Of a stretch of 64,000 bases of DNA, positions 12,735 to 24,545 are shown in pieces; within the stretch, counting starts at the first letter, position 1, and every line of letters starts with the position of its first letter. The position numbers and the translations under genes were made by a program. Below the pieces are notes generated by a model. The model was not told where the DNA came from. It saw nothing but the letters and a program-made list of their open reading frames with translations, and did not search any database. The DNA is from Malacoraja senta (lineage: Eukaryota). Where the stretch lies: contig CM075988.1 in assembly GCA_038087875.1 (NCBI GenBank), positions 15,316,001 to 15,380,000 on the forward strand. The letters run 5' to 3'.

Positions 12735-13919
12735 TGAACTGAGGTGATGATTAAAAAAGTGAATTAAGCAATTACAACTATGGTGGGGAGTGGGGGGACT
12801 GGTTGATTTGGGTAACATCATTGGGTATTGGAGAGATGCTACCAATACTGTACACAAAATCTTCCAAATGCGCTGGAGATAAGCAAACCCACATTGCTGT
12901 CCTCTTGTGGGCTAAAATCCCGAGCATTGAGATAGTAACACCCAGTTGGCATTTTTAACAGACCACATTATTGATGTGCCCAACGCCAGGAACTGGAGAT
13001 AGACACATTATTCCGAGCCCTGGCAGAGGAAAAAATTCACAGATGTCCTTAAAGCATCTGAAAAAATGCAGTTTCTCTGATACAGATTCTTGGACATCTT
13101 TGGCTCATGTCCATTTAAAGTGAAAAGAGGTATTTGGACGTGTATTGAGAATGCAAGCACATGTATCGGAAGCACATATAAGTCCCATGTCAACAGTGGA
13201 AGGAAGACATCACTTCGTACATACCAACCTGCCTGCTATCAGTCATCTTCCATCTGTGAAGGGGCCTGCCATTCCCACATTGTCCTCTTCAGTCACCTCA
13301 TTTTAACTCCAGTTTTGTGTGGTTTACTGTAACTGACGTTCAATCCCATGCTACTGTCTGGGTAATGATAAGCAGGGCACACCACCATGAGCTAGTCAAT
13401 TTAATGCTGCAAGTCCATCTGTTAATGTTGAAATCAGCAGAAGTAATTTAAATTTGAGATGCTTATTCTGAATGCACAAATCATTCATAACGAGTTAGCC
13501 GAACTAAAAACAGAGATCTGAAATAAAAGCTGCAGCTGAGACAAGGTCATAGAGTGCCATAAGGAACTAAATATTCCAGGTAAATGGAAAGAAAGTCGTG
13601 AGGGTACTCAGTAGCTTGCATAATAAAGGATGAGATAAAGGCAGAAGTGAGGAACAGTCTTGGACTGGAAAATCAGGAAGAATCATTACTGTTGGAAAAA
13701 AAAGGTAACATAGGTGAAAAGATTTCATGGGGTTGTTGACTCTAGGTATAATCTATTAGCAAGGATCAAGACATAAGAACATTATAATAAAGATGTAGCA
13801 ATAATCTTAGAGTTTTAAACTATTATTACACACTAGACAAATCTAAAGAACAAATTAACTGCAGAACAATTTTATAGGATGCATCTGAGACAGATCCAAA
13901 GCAATATGTTATGGAACTG

Positions 13920-14092
13920 GTACACAAAAATGCTGGAGAAACTCAGCGGGTGCAGCAGCATCTATGGAGCGAAGGAAATAGGCAAAGTTTTGGGCCGAAA
14001 ACTTTCGCTCCATAGATGTTGCTGCACCCGCTGAGTTCTCCAGCATTTTTTGTGTACCTTCAATTTTCCAGCATCTGCAGTTCCTTCTTAAA
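13920..14092. mobile_element. Fold-back Penelope terminal-repeat insertion
   Basis: Inverted arms at ~13920-13975 and ~14003-14058; TSD atgttatggaactg at 13906-13919 and 14097-14110. Confidence 0.85.
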
Positions 14093-15717
14093 CAACATGT
14101 TATGGAACTGACCATGAATCGGATATTTTAGATTATGTCTTGTTTAATGAGACAGTGTTATTCAGAAACATGATGATAGATTATCTTGGGAAAAGTGATG
14201 TATTATAATAGAATTTCAAGCAAAGTTTTTAAGGGATGTATTTAAATTGGAATAGAGACCAATCGAAAAGGTAATTATGTAGAATGAGGGGCAAAGGATT
14301 AAACAACATGTTAAGAAATATTTCCCAATTATAAACAAATATATTAACAGTGAGAAAAAAAAATCTTGTTGGAAATGTAATCAATCTCTTGATAACTAAG
14401 ATGTTAAGAATTGTATTGGATCTAACGAAGAAGCTGCTTTTACAAATAAGCCTTAGAAATGGGTAAGATTAAGAAACAAGCATATCACGACCAAGATTTA
14501 GAGTAGAACAAATGGAATATGAGAACAAACTATCCAGCAATAATAAAGCATATTATAAGAGCTTGTATGGATGTGTGAAAAGAAAGAGAGCAACAAATGT
14601 ATATGTGGACACCTTGGAACCTGATTGAGGAAAAGTAAGGAAGTGCTGAAAATTAAAAAAAGTATTGTATCCAATTTCACTGTAAAAACATATTGAACGA
14701 ATGGAAGTAACGAGTCATTGAGAATGAGAAACTTAATGTAATGAACATGTAATGTGAAGAAAAAGTACCAGAGAAAATAATAAATATCTAGCACTAAATG
14801 GGTTACTTCCTGGAGTTCCAGAGAAATTATTGCAGAGATACAGGATATATTTTCAGAATTCCATAGATTCTGCTTCCGAAGAAAACACGTGTAAGTGAAA
14901 AATGAAGGAGAGAGAAATTAGGGAAATATTGGTAAATTCATTTAACACAGGTTGCTGGAAAACTACTGGAATCATAACTAAGGAAGTGGTAACATGGCAT
15001 TTAGAACATTATATGATTGAACAGAGACAACATGGTTTTGTGAAAGGGAAGTCTTGTTTGATAAATCTTCGGCTTTTGAGTATGTAGCTTGCAAGGGGAA
15101 TCCCAAGGATGCATTTGTAGATTTTAAAAAAAATTCGAAAGGTTGCTACATAAAATATCGATATACAAAATATTCCTAGGCCCTACATATGAATGGAATA
15201 GATAATTGGTTTAAGGACAGAACACACTCAGAATAAATGGATTTATATCAAATTGGAAGGTTGTTACTTGTGAAAAGCCACAAAGATCAGTGATGGACTC
15301 TGTTCTGAAAACAAGCCCTGCCAGTGCGGAAAATTAAACTTGAAATACTCAGCAGGTCAGGTATCTTCTGTGGAGAAAAAAACCGGAATTAATGTTTCAC
15401 ACTGTTGATTGTTGATCAGAATTAGGAAAAGCCCATCTAATTACAACCTATCTTAATGAATTGAATCAGCGGACTAAATCTATGCAAATTCTTTGTGAAC
15501 CAAAGCTATGCCAGAAATAAACATATAGTTATTCACATCAATCATTAAAAATATTTAAAAATGTAATGCCGAGAAGCTATTATACGTTTGTCTTCAGAAG
15601 GATTTGAGGATCCTTGCACAATAGGACAATTAATAAGATACATAACTTTGCCTTTATTTTAAGGGAATTATCGTACCAGTGAACATAATTATTGCTGCAT
15701 TTCTATGGATGAAAGAC

Positions 15718-15885
15718 AATAATAGACAATAGACAATAGACAATAGGTGCAGGAGTAGGCCATTCGGCCCTTCGAGCCAGCACCGCCATTCAATGTGATC
15801 ATGGCTGATCATCTCCAATCAGTACCCCGTTCCTGCCTTCTCCCCATATCCCCTGACTCCGCTATTTATAAGAGCCCTATCTAGC
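15718..15885 (-). mobile_element. Short young CR1 3' end
   Basis: (GACAATA)n tail followed by a sequence nearly identical to 40690-40843. Confidence 0.9.
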
Positions 15886-16961
15886 ACTGGGAACCACACA
15901 GCAACTGATTTCCTTTGTTGTCACAGAATCTTGTGTTTTAATGAGCCAATATCTCAATTTCCTAAACTCCAGATAACATAGGGCAAACCAAAGAAGAAAG
16001 ACTTCTTGGCTGGTTGTGCAGATACTGTATTCAACCACAGTTAGATAAATGTGTTCAGTTTTGGACTTCAACCTAAACAAGGATATCCTTATCTTAAAGG
16101 CTTTACATGAAGGTTCAAAATATTGATGCTTGGGATAATAGGGATGTCTTTGAGAATAAATTGAATACAGTAGATTTGCCCTATGTTATCTGGAGTTTAG
16201 GAAAATGAGATATTGGCTCATTAAAACACAAGATTCTGTGACAACAAAGGAAATCAGTTGCTGAGTGTGATTCCCAATGACTGGAGAGTCTAGAAGTAAA
16301 CCATCTTTTTAAAAGTCTATAATGGTTTGTTGCCATTGGTGGCAAGCCTGTTATTTGTTGCCCATCCTAACTGCCCTTGAGTAGTCAGTGCGTTTAAGGA
16401 GGAGCATTACAGCTGATACAGTGAAGGTACTCCCAGACTGCTGTTGTGTATGGGGTTTCAATATTCATAAGCAGTGCCGATGAAGGAATGGTGATATATT
16501 TCCATCAGAAAATGAAGTGATAAGCAAACTTGTAGATTATGAGGTTTTTAGTTTGGTTTAATTTATTATTGTCACATGTGCCATGGACTATACATGAAAC
16601 CCATCAAACCATGCAAAGTACACACATAAAGAATAAAAGGTACACATTTAGTGCAAGATAAAGTAATAAAGTCTGATTAAAGATAGTTCAAAGGTCTCCA
16701 ATGAAGTAGACGGGAGGTCAAGTCTGCACTTGAGCCGATCAACCCCATGCATGCTCCTAGAATAAGGGACATAAGAGGGGACAATCCAATACTTAAGGGT
16801 TATTAATCTTTTGAATTTGCAATGACAGAGGCCTATTATTGCACCTGAATTTTGAACCTGTGGCAGAATTAACCAGTATAATCATGCAGATTAGTGAGGT
16901 TGAGGTTAAGACTGAGACTGAAGGAACAAATTTGAGACTGGGTCATCTTGAGACTTTGAGG

Positions 16962-18971
16962 CTGGGTCATCAAACCCGCCGACAAGGGAGGTGCCGTGGT
17001 AGTCTGGCGCGCCGATCTCTACAAAGCTGAGGCCAAGCGCCAACTCTCGGACACCTCCTCCTACTTACCCCTGGACCATGACCCCATTGACGAGCACCAG
17101 GCCACTATCTCTAGCACCATCACCGACTTCATCAACTCCCACGCCCTGCCCGAACGAGCCTCCAACCTCATCGTTCCCCAGCCCCGCACAGCCCGCTTTT
17201 ACCTTCTCCCCAAAATCCACAAACCTGACTGTCCCGGCAGACCCATTGTCTCTGCCTGTTCGTGCCCCACCGAACTCATTTCCACCTACCTTGACTCCAT
17301 CCTATCCCCCTTGGTTAAATCCCTCCCTACCTATGTTCAAGACACCTCAGACACTCTCCGTCGTCTCCGCGCATTCCATTCTCTAGGCCCTCACCCCCTC
17401 ATCTTCACCATGGATGTCCAGTCACTCTACACCTCCATCCCCCACCAGGATGGTCTCGAAGCCCTCCGGTTCTTCCTCGACCAGAGAAGCAACCTATACC
17501 CGGCCACTGACACCCTCCTCCGCCTAGCGAAGTTGGTCCTCACTCTCTATAGCTTCTCGTTTGACTCCTCCCATTTCCTCCAAATGCAAGGCGTAGCTAT
17601 GGGCACACGCATGGGCCCCAGCTACGCCTGCCTCTTTGTCGGGTACGTCGAACAATCCTTGTTCGCTACGTACCAGGGCCCATCCCCGACCTCTACCTCT
17701 GCTACATCGATGACTGCTTTGCTGCCACCTCCTGCACCCACACACAACTGACTGACTTCATCCACTTCACCACCAACTTCCATCCGGCACTCAAATACAC
17801 CTGGACCATTTCCGACACTTCCCTACCATTCCTTGACCTCACTATCTCCATCGCAGGTGATAGACTTCTGACCGACATTCACTATAAACCTACTGACTCC
17901 CATGGCTATCTGGACTACACTTCTTCCCACCCTGCTTCCTGTAAGGACTCCATCCCCTTCTCCCAATTCCTCCGTCTACGCCGCATCTGCTCCCAGGATG
18001 AGGCATTCCACACCAGGGCATCTGAAATGTCCTCATTCTTCAGGGAACGGGGGTTCCCCTCCTCCACCATAGATGAAGCTCGCACCAGGGTTTCTTCCAT
18101 AACCCGCAACACTGCTCTCTCTCCCCATCCCCCCACTCGCAACAAGGGCAGAGTCCCCCTAGTCCTCACCTTTCACCCCACCAGCCGTCACATGCAACAA
18201 GTAATCCTCCGTCAGTTTCGCCACCTCCAACGTGACCCCACCACTCGCCACATCTTCCCATCTCCCCCCATGTCTGCCTTCCACAGAGACCGCTCCCTCC
18301 GTAACTCCCTTGTCAATTCTTCCCTTTCCTCCCGTACTACCCCCTCCCCGGGCACTTTCCCTTGCAATCGCAAGAGATGCTACACTTGTGCCTTTACCTC
18401 CCCCCTCGACTCCATTCAAGGACCCAAGCAGTCGTTCCAGGTGCGACAGAGGTTCACCTGCATCTCCTCCAACCTCATCTATTGCATCCGCTGCTCTAGA
18501 TGTCAGCTGACCTACATCGGTGAGACCAAGCGGAGGCTTGGCGATCGTTTCGCCGAACACCTCCGCTCGGTCCGCATAAAACCAACCTGACCTCCTGGTG
18601 GCTCAGCACTTCAACTCCCCCTCCCATTCCGTATCCGACCTCTCTGTCCTGGGTCTCCTCCATGGCCAGAGCGAGCAACACTGGAAATTGGAGGAACAGC
18701 ACCTCATATTCCACTTGGGTAGTCTGCATCCTGGGGGCATGAACATGGAATTCTCCCTATTTTGTTAGCCCCTGCTGTCTCCTCCCCTTCCTATCTCTCC
18801 CTCAGCCCTCGGGCTCCTCCTCCTCCTTTTTCCTTTTTTCTCCACCCCCCCCCCCTCCCCCACACACACACCCTATCAGTCTGAAGGGTTTCGGCCCGAA
18901 ACGTTGCCTATTTCCTTCGCTCCATAGATGCTGCTGCACCCGCTGAGTTTCTCCAGCATTTTTGTGTACCT
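16962..18971 (+). mobile_element. Young 5'-truncated Penelope-like element (RT + GIY-YIG endonuclease), frameshifted
   Basis: IKPADKG..VVVW, FYLLPKIHK, GRPIVS, FTMDVQSLYTSIP, GVAMGTRMGPSYACLF, YIDD at ~17704 in a shifted frame, GIY-YIG motif NLIYCIRCSRCQLTYIGET; 15-bp TSD acaaatttgagactg at 16926-16940 and 18972-18986. Confidence 0.95.
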
Positions 18972-19701
18972 ACAAATTTGAGACTGTGAGGACCCTTAAT
19001 TCCACTATTTTATGCTAAAAGCCTACTTGCTCCCTGCCCATGCATTGCATGAAACTTTAATGTCCAATGTTCACGGAATTCGTAATCGTGGTGATCATTT
19101 TGGGTTGTCTATAAGATTGTCAGGATATTCTGTATTGGTGAAGAAATTTGTAACAAGGAATTTGTCCATCAGACATTGGAACAGGGTTTCTAGCTTTATT
19201 TTGGAGTAGTCTGTTCCTGGCATTTACAGGTGAACATTCTGCATCTGCCTCAATCAGGAGCAACTTTGCAGTTCATTGTCATTGTGATGAAATCAATAGA
19301 CAATGTTGAGGATAAAGAATGGAATCAGCCATTGCCAGAGGTGAAAGGTGGAAGTTCTCACTCCGCTTTTTAAGATTGTCTGTAGCCCTATTGCAGTGAA
19401 CTGCAAATCAACAATCCATGATTAGGGTCAGAAGTCAGTCTCGGTCTCAACAGGGCCCGAGGTGCTGAGTGGAGGAGGAATGTGGGCGATTTGTAAAGCA
19501 GCTGTTACTTTCCGGGAGTGAAAGCCCCTACAGGTGTATAAAGGGAAGGCAGCCACTGGCAAGCAGCCATTTTTGAGCAGCCATGTTTGTGAGTGGCTGA
19601 GATTGAGGTGTAGTGTGAATGCTTAGAATTGAGAAGCTTCGGCAAGGAGGCTAACCAGAGGGAGAAGGTAAGATAATATAGGTGTAGGAAGGAACTACAG
19701 A

Positions 19702-20292
19702 ACCTACTCCAGTCGAGCCGCTCCCTATACTTGCAGGCATTGCGCCTGCAGGGATCCGAAGGCAAGCAGCAACTCTGGCACTATCTCGTCGTGCCATGGA
19801 CCCAGATCACCTCCTCCATCAGGCTATCAGCAGAGAGCAGAGGCCACGCGGACTGAAGTCCCCTTTGCTCCACATGGAAAAACAACTCCTAGCATCCATC
19901 CAGGCAACTGAGACAAGAGCACACTGGATAGCCACCAAGTGGTCACAGGAGTGAAAGGCAACCTCATCTCCATTACACAGCTACATCTCTTCACCAGATT
20001 AAAGCTGTCCAGGGTCTGACCTCCCCAGAGGAGCATGGGTGAAGGTCAACAGACTTCGTACTGGAGTTGGGTGTTTCAATGCCAGCATGTGGAGATGGGG
20101 ACTCCGCCAGAGCCCAGCCTGTGAATGTGGAGCAGAACAACAGACAGCCAACCATGTCATCTCTACCACCCACCAAATGGAGCTCAGGGCCTGGCAGACA
20201 TTGATGCAGAGACAACAACCTAGCTGCTCAACACCTGGCTTGAGATCTAACTATTCCTTTGGATTATTTATGTTTCATTCGCAAGAAGATGA
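19702..20292 (+). mobile_element. 5'-truncated Ingi/Vingi-type LINE 3' end
   Basis: Frames give PVEPLPILAGIAPAGIRRQAATLALSRRAMDPDHLLH and NRLRTGVGCFNASMWRWGLRQSPACECGAEQQTANHVI (C-terminal zinc knuckle). Ends cattcgcaagaagatgaa and splits a Penelope terminal-repeat fragment. Confidence 0.75.
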
Positions 20293-20914
20293 ACAGATGT
20301 TGGTTTAAAACGAAGATAGACACAAAAAACTGGAGTACTCAGCAGGACCTATACCTTTTCTGCAGAGATGCAGTCTGACCCACTGAGTTACTCCAGCTTT
20401 TTGTGTGTAAGATAAGATAGGGTATTTTTAACTTTCTTCTTTGGTCTTAGTTCAGTTGGAATGGCAGTTATGGCAGTTGCTCCTCTTTCCGGATGTGGGA
20501 AATCAGGAAACCTTCCAGTGTGGAAAGGTGCATCCCGTTGCAGCTCCTGACTGACCACATGAGCCTGAAACGTCATCCATTCTTTCTCTCCAGAGATGCT
20601 GCCTGTCCCGCTGGGTTACTCCAGCTTTTTGTGTTTATCTTCGGTGTGACCACATGAAGGAACTGGAGCTGGAGCTGGAAATGGACATCACATGACAGCA
20701 TCATAGATGGAAGCTTTCGCGAGGTGGCCACATCTTAGGTGTAGGCAGATAGTAGCTGAGTGACCACCAGGAATGGTAAAGGAGGGACACAGAGAGTGCA
20801 GGACAAGCCTGAGCCGTTGCTCATGAAAATATGTACACCATTTTAGATACAGTTGAGTGAGGTGTGAGTGGTGGGGGTGAGGAATGACTATTCAGGAAAA
20901 AGCAGCAGTCGCAG

Positions 20915-21440
20915 TCTGGAATATTGTGTTCAGTTTTGGTCACTGTAGGAAACACGCCATTAAGCTGGAAAAAATGTAGAAAAGATTTATGAAGATGTTC
21001 CCAGGGCTCGAGGGCCCGAGCTATAGGGAGATGTTGGGCAGGCTAGGACTTTGTTCCTTGGAGCATAGACAACTGAGAGGTGACCTTATACAGTTGTACA
21101 AAAACATGGGGGGCAAAGGTAGGGTGAATGCACACAGTTTCCCTCCAGATTTGATGAATCAAGAACTAGAGAGTATAGGTTTAAGGTGAGTGGGGAAAGA
21201 ATTTATAGGAAACTGAGGGGCAACATTTTCCACACAGAGGTGGTACATATATGGAACAAACTGCGAGAGGAAGTGGTTTAGGCAGATACAATAACAAAAT
21301 TTAAAAGACATTTGGGCAGCTTTGTGGATAGAAAAGGTTTAGAGGGACATGGGCCAAATGCAGGCATGCGTGACTTGCTTAGATAGACATCTTGGTTAAC
21401 AAGTTAGGCTGAAAACCTTGTCTCCATGCTATATGGCTCA
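20915..21440 (+). mobile_element. CR1 3' fragment
   Basis: MFPGLEGPSYREMLGRLGLCSLEHRQLRGDLIQLYK. Confidence 0.8.
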
Positions 21441-21598
21441 ATGATTAGAATTCAATTCACCCAATTCAAATGCGCAGGTGTCAGACTTTGATCAAATTAT
21501 TGAATAATACAAAAAAGAGGCCAATTAGCCAAATGCACCTAAACTGCCTCTTTAAACGATCTTAGACACAAAAGGTTGGAGTAACTCAGCGGTACCGG

Positions 21599-21652
21599 GG
21601 GGTGGAAGATTGCAACCTTCACGTGGTCCACCCTGTTTCGACTAATGCAATC
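21599..21652 (+). ncRNA. Minimal HDV-like self-cleaving ribozyme motif (54 nt)
   Basis: P1 GGGGTGG/CCACCCT with G1.U wobble, P2 GATTGCA/TGCAATC, P3 ACC/GGT, L3 TTCACGT, P1.1 G21635, tiny P4 T-TTCG-A, J4/2 CTAA with putative catalytic C21642. Confidence 0.85.
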
Positions 21653-21741
21653 AACTCGACGTGCACAAACAGAAGATCAAATAGAACAAGTTGTCCTACA
21701 ACTTTAGGCTGTGCACACCACACGAAAGAAGAAGAAGAAGA
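21599..21741 (+). mobile_element. Short SINE-like retroelement with HDV-like ribozyme head and (GAA)n tail, copy 1
   Basis: TSD agcggtaccgg at 21588-21598 and 21742-21752; inserted into a Penelope terminal-repeat fragment; highly similar to 23618-23759. Confidence 0.9.
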
Positions 21742-22569
21742 AGCGGTACCGGCAGCATCTCTGGAGAGAAGGAATGGGTGACCATTCGGGTCGATACCCT
21801 TCCGCCCCAATCTCCTTCCCCTAAAAACCTGCAAATGTTTGATTTCAACTCGTTATCCAAATACCTTTTGAAAAATATTAAATTTGGTTCAACACATTTT
21901 CAGACAGTGCAATTTACATCACAACAACTCACTGTGATAAAATAATGGTCAGCCCCCTCCCTTAGACTCTTTAGTCAACTTTACATTTAATCGCTCTATC
22001 TACCTACCCTGCTGCCAGTGAAAAAAAAAAACAAGTATCTCCCCTGTTAATCTATCAAAACCCTCTAAAATGTTAAAAGTTCCCATTAATCTTTAACTTT
22101 CTCAGTATTAAGGGGAACAAGCACATTTTCTCCTGCCTCTCCATGTAAATCACATCCTGATTGCTGGTATTATCATACTGTATTATTGCAGTATATACTG
22201 TATTATTGTGTTAGGTACAATAGCCTAGTGATAAAGTTACTGGACAAACAGCTAGAGTTTGGGACTATTGTTCCGGAGACTTAAGTTTGAATCCCACCAC
22301 AACAGCTGCTGCTTTTAAATTCAAGAAATTGAAAACAAAGGTAATGATGACCATAAAATGGCAGAATTGTCATACAAACCTATCTTGTTCACGGAAGGAA
22401 ATCTAATCTAAATATACCTTCAGATCCACGGATGTGGTTAACCCTTTACTGATTCCTCAGTTCAGGAGCAGTAAATGTTGGCACTGCCAGTGACACCCAC
22501 ATCCTGTGAAAGAACAAATAGAAAATATATTCTCCACATCCTCTCCAAACCCAAATTTCATGCACATTG

Positions 22570-23135
22570 CTGCCATTACAATGATGTGTACAGTGACGAG
22601 GCAGGTGGCTGAATTCTTGTTTCAATCAGCATCTTTTCATCATACAACTTGGGGTCATACTTGAACCTGAGGGTTCTCCGATTTACGGGGACACACTCAG
22701 AGTCGGACATCAAGTGCTGCTTGAAGACCATCACTTCTGATCTGCCTGCAACGTGGCGGTCTCCCAGCACAGTAAGATGTCAGTAAGGGAATGTTGCTGA
22801 TGGGCCCAGTCCAGACTGCAGTGTGCATGTGGAGGGATTCACTGAAGCTCGGTGCGGCCAACGCCAAGGCTCTGTGGGGGAAGACCACAGTCTGGGGACT
22901 CTCTGCTGTTGGACACTGAGGAGCAGAGTCCAGTGGAACCAACCCCTTAAACAGGGGAAGAGATATCACCTCAGGGGGCTACGTGGCAAGGGTGTTTTAT
23001 GTAAGACAGGTGTGACAACATTGAGCAAGACACTATTGAATGTACAGGCACGTAAGAACTTATGAAGTGTTTTTGCACAGGTTTTGTTTTATACATATTT
23101 TTTTATTACAAATAAAGTTTATTTTTGAAATAAAA
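22570..23135 (+). mobile_element. L1/Tx1-type LINE 3' end
   Basis: Remnants GTHSESDIKCCLKTI and RDSLKLGAANAKALWGKTTV; ends aataaagtttatttttgaaataaaaa. Confidence 0.65.
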
Positions 23136-23617
23136 AGTTACTTGATCTTGAACCCGGCTGAAACTCTTGAACAACCTCATACTTAACAACTGAATTGTCT
23201 GATAGTAATTACTTTATATGATGTTTATATTAAATGATATTAATAACATTAATTCTATGAAGAGTGGTCCCGACCTGAAACACCTATCCATTTTCTCAAG
23301 AGATACTGCCTGACCCGTTGAGTTACTCCAGCATTCAGTGTCTATCCTTGGTATAAACCAGCATCTGCAGTTCCTTGTTATTTCATACTAAACAGTGTCT
23401 CTTCAGACTTCTCTGAAGGTTTTGTGTTTATTTTCAACTGAATATGTCCCTTGAGAGATATAATCAATAGTAGGGAAGTTAGAATGAACAAGCAGTGAAT
23501 TTGTTAAAACCTATATCTATCCATGGTTAGACCACACTTGAAATCTGTGAGTAGTTCTGGGCTTCATGTTGAAGGTGGACTAAAGTAGCTGTAAACGGAT
23601 TCACTGGAGTGAAACCA

Positions 23618-23671
23618 GGGGTGGAAGATTGCAACCTTCACGTGGCCCGCCCTGTTTCGGCTAATGCAATC
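23618..23671 (+). ncRNA. Minimal HDV-like ribozyme motif, copy 2 (one P3 mismatch)
   Basis: P1 GGGGTGG/CCGCCCT (extra U.G), P2 GATTGCA/TGCAATC, P3 ACC/GGC (A-C mismatch), L3 TTCACGT, J4/2 CTAA (C23661). Confidence 0.75.
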
Positions 23672-23759
23672 AACTCGACGTGCACAAAACGGAAGATCAA
23701 ATAGAACAAGTTGTCCAACAACTTTAGGCTGTGCACGCCACACGTAAGAAGAAGAAGAA
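23618..23759 (+). mobile_element. Short SINE-like retroelement with HDV-like ribozyme head and (GAA)n tail, copy 2
   Basis: TSD gagtgaaacca at 23607-23617 and 23760-23770; same 5' start and 3' tail as copy 1. Confidence 0.9.
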
Positions 23760-24254
23760 GAGTGAAACCAGAAAAGAGCAATTATGCTCATCAGGAAAGA
23801 CCGAAGAGTCCAGGAATCTTTTCTCTGGAAAAGACCAGTGCGCTGTAAAAATATGTTTTCACTTATGGTGGAGACTACAACTAATCCTATAATGAATCTA
23901 ATCACTAATAAATCCAACTGGGAATTGAAAGGATTATTTTTAATGAGCATGTGGTCACAACGTGGAACTCATTCAATCAGCAGTATGAACACAGAAATTG
24001 AGAACAGGAATAGGCCACTCGGCCCATTGAGCCTGCTCCTCATTCAATAAGATCATGATTTACCCGACTCTAACCTGAGTCATCTGAATATTTCTGCCAA
24101 CCCCCATAACCTTGACCAGCCCCGCTCCCTCCCTTTGTTCACCGTTTATTTACCTCTGCCTTCAAAATATTCCAAGTCTCTGCTTCACTGCTCTGTGAGG
24201 AAGAGAGTGTTTCACAACTCTCAAAGAAAAAGATTTATGTCTCCATTCTGTCTC

Positions 24255-24545
24255 AGTGGTGCAGTGGTAGAGCTGATGCTTCATGGTGCCAGAGACCCCG
24301 GTTCGATCCCGACTACGGGCGCTGTCTCTGCAGAGTTTGTACATGCTCCCTGTGACCTTGTGGATCTTCTCCAAGTGCTCTGTTGTCCTCCCCCATTCTA
24401 CAGACATGCAGGTTTGTAGATTAATGGCCCTCTGCAAATTGCCCCTAATGTGTAAGATGTGAAAGTGGGATAACATGGAACTAGTGTGTGGGTGATCAAT
24501 GGGCTAAATGGCCTCTTTCCACGCTGTATCTCTAAACTAAGCTAA
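24255..24545 (+). mobile_element. V-SINE (HE1-like)
   Basis: B box ggttcgatccc, V-domain, tail tgtatctctaaactaa. Confidence 0.8.

Larger units (their letters stand above)
13450..16290 (+). mobile_element. Highly degenerate CR1 ORF2 fossil hosting younger insertions
   Basis: QHGFVKGKSCLINL (ORF 14902-15087) plus AT-eroded endonuclease and C-terminal remnants; boundaries approximate. Confidence 0.65.

Noticed and set aside
18877..18908. Active hammerhead in the young Penelope copy
   Set aside because: Core reads CTGAAGGG (3-nt deletion relative to sister copies); the 63106-63138 copy has GAAG in place of GAAA.
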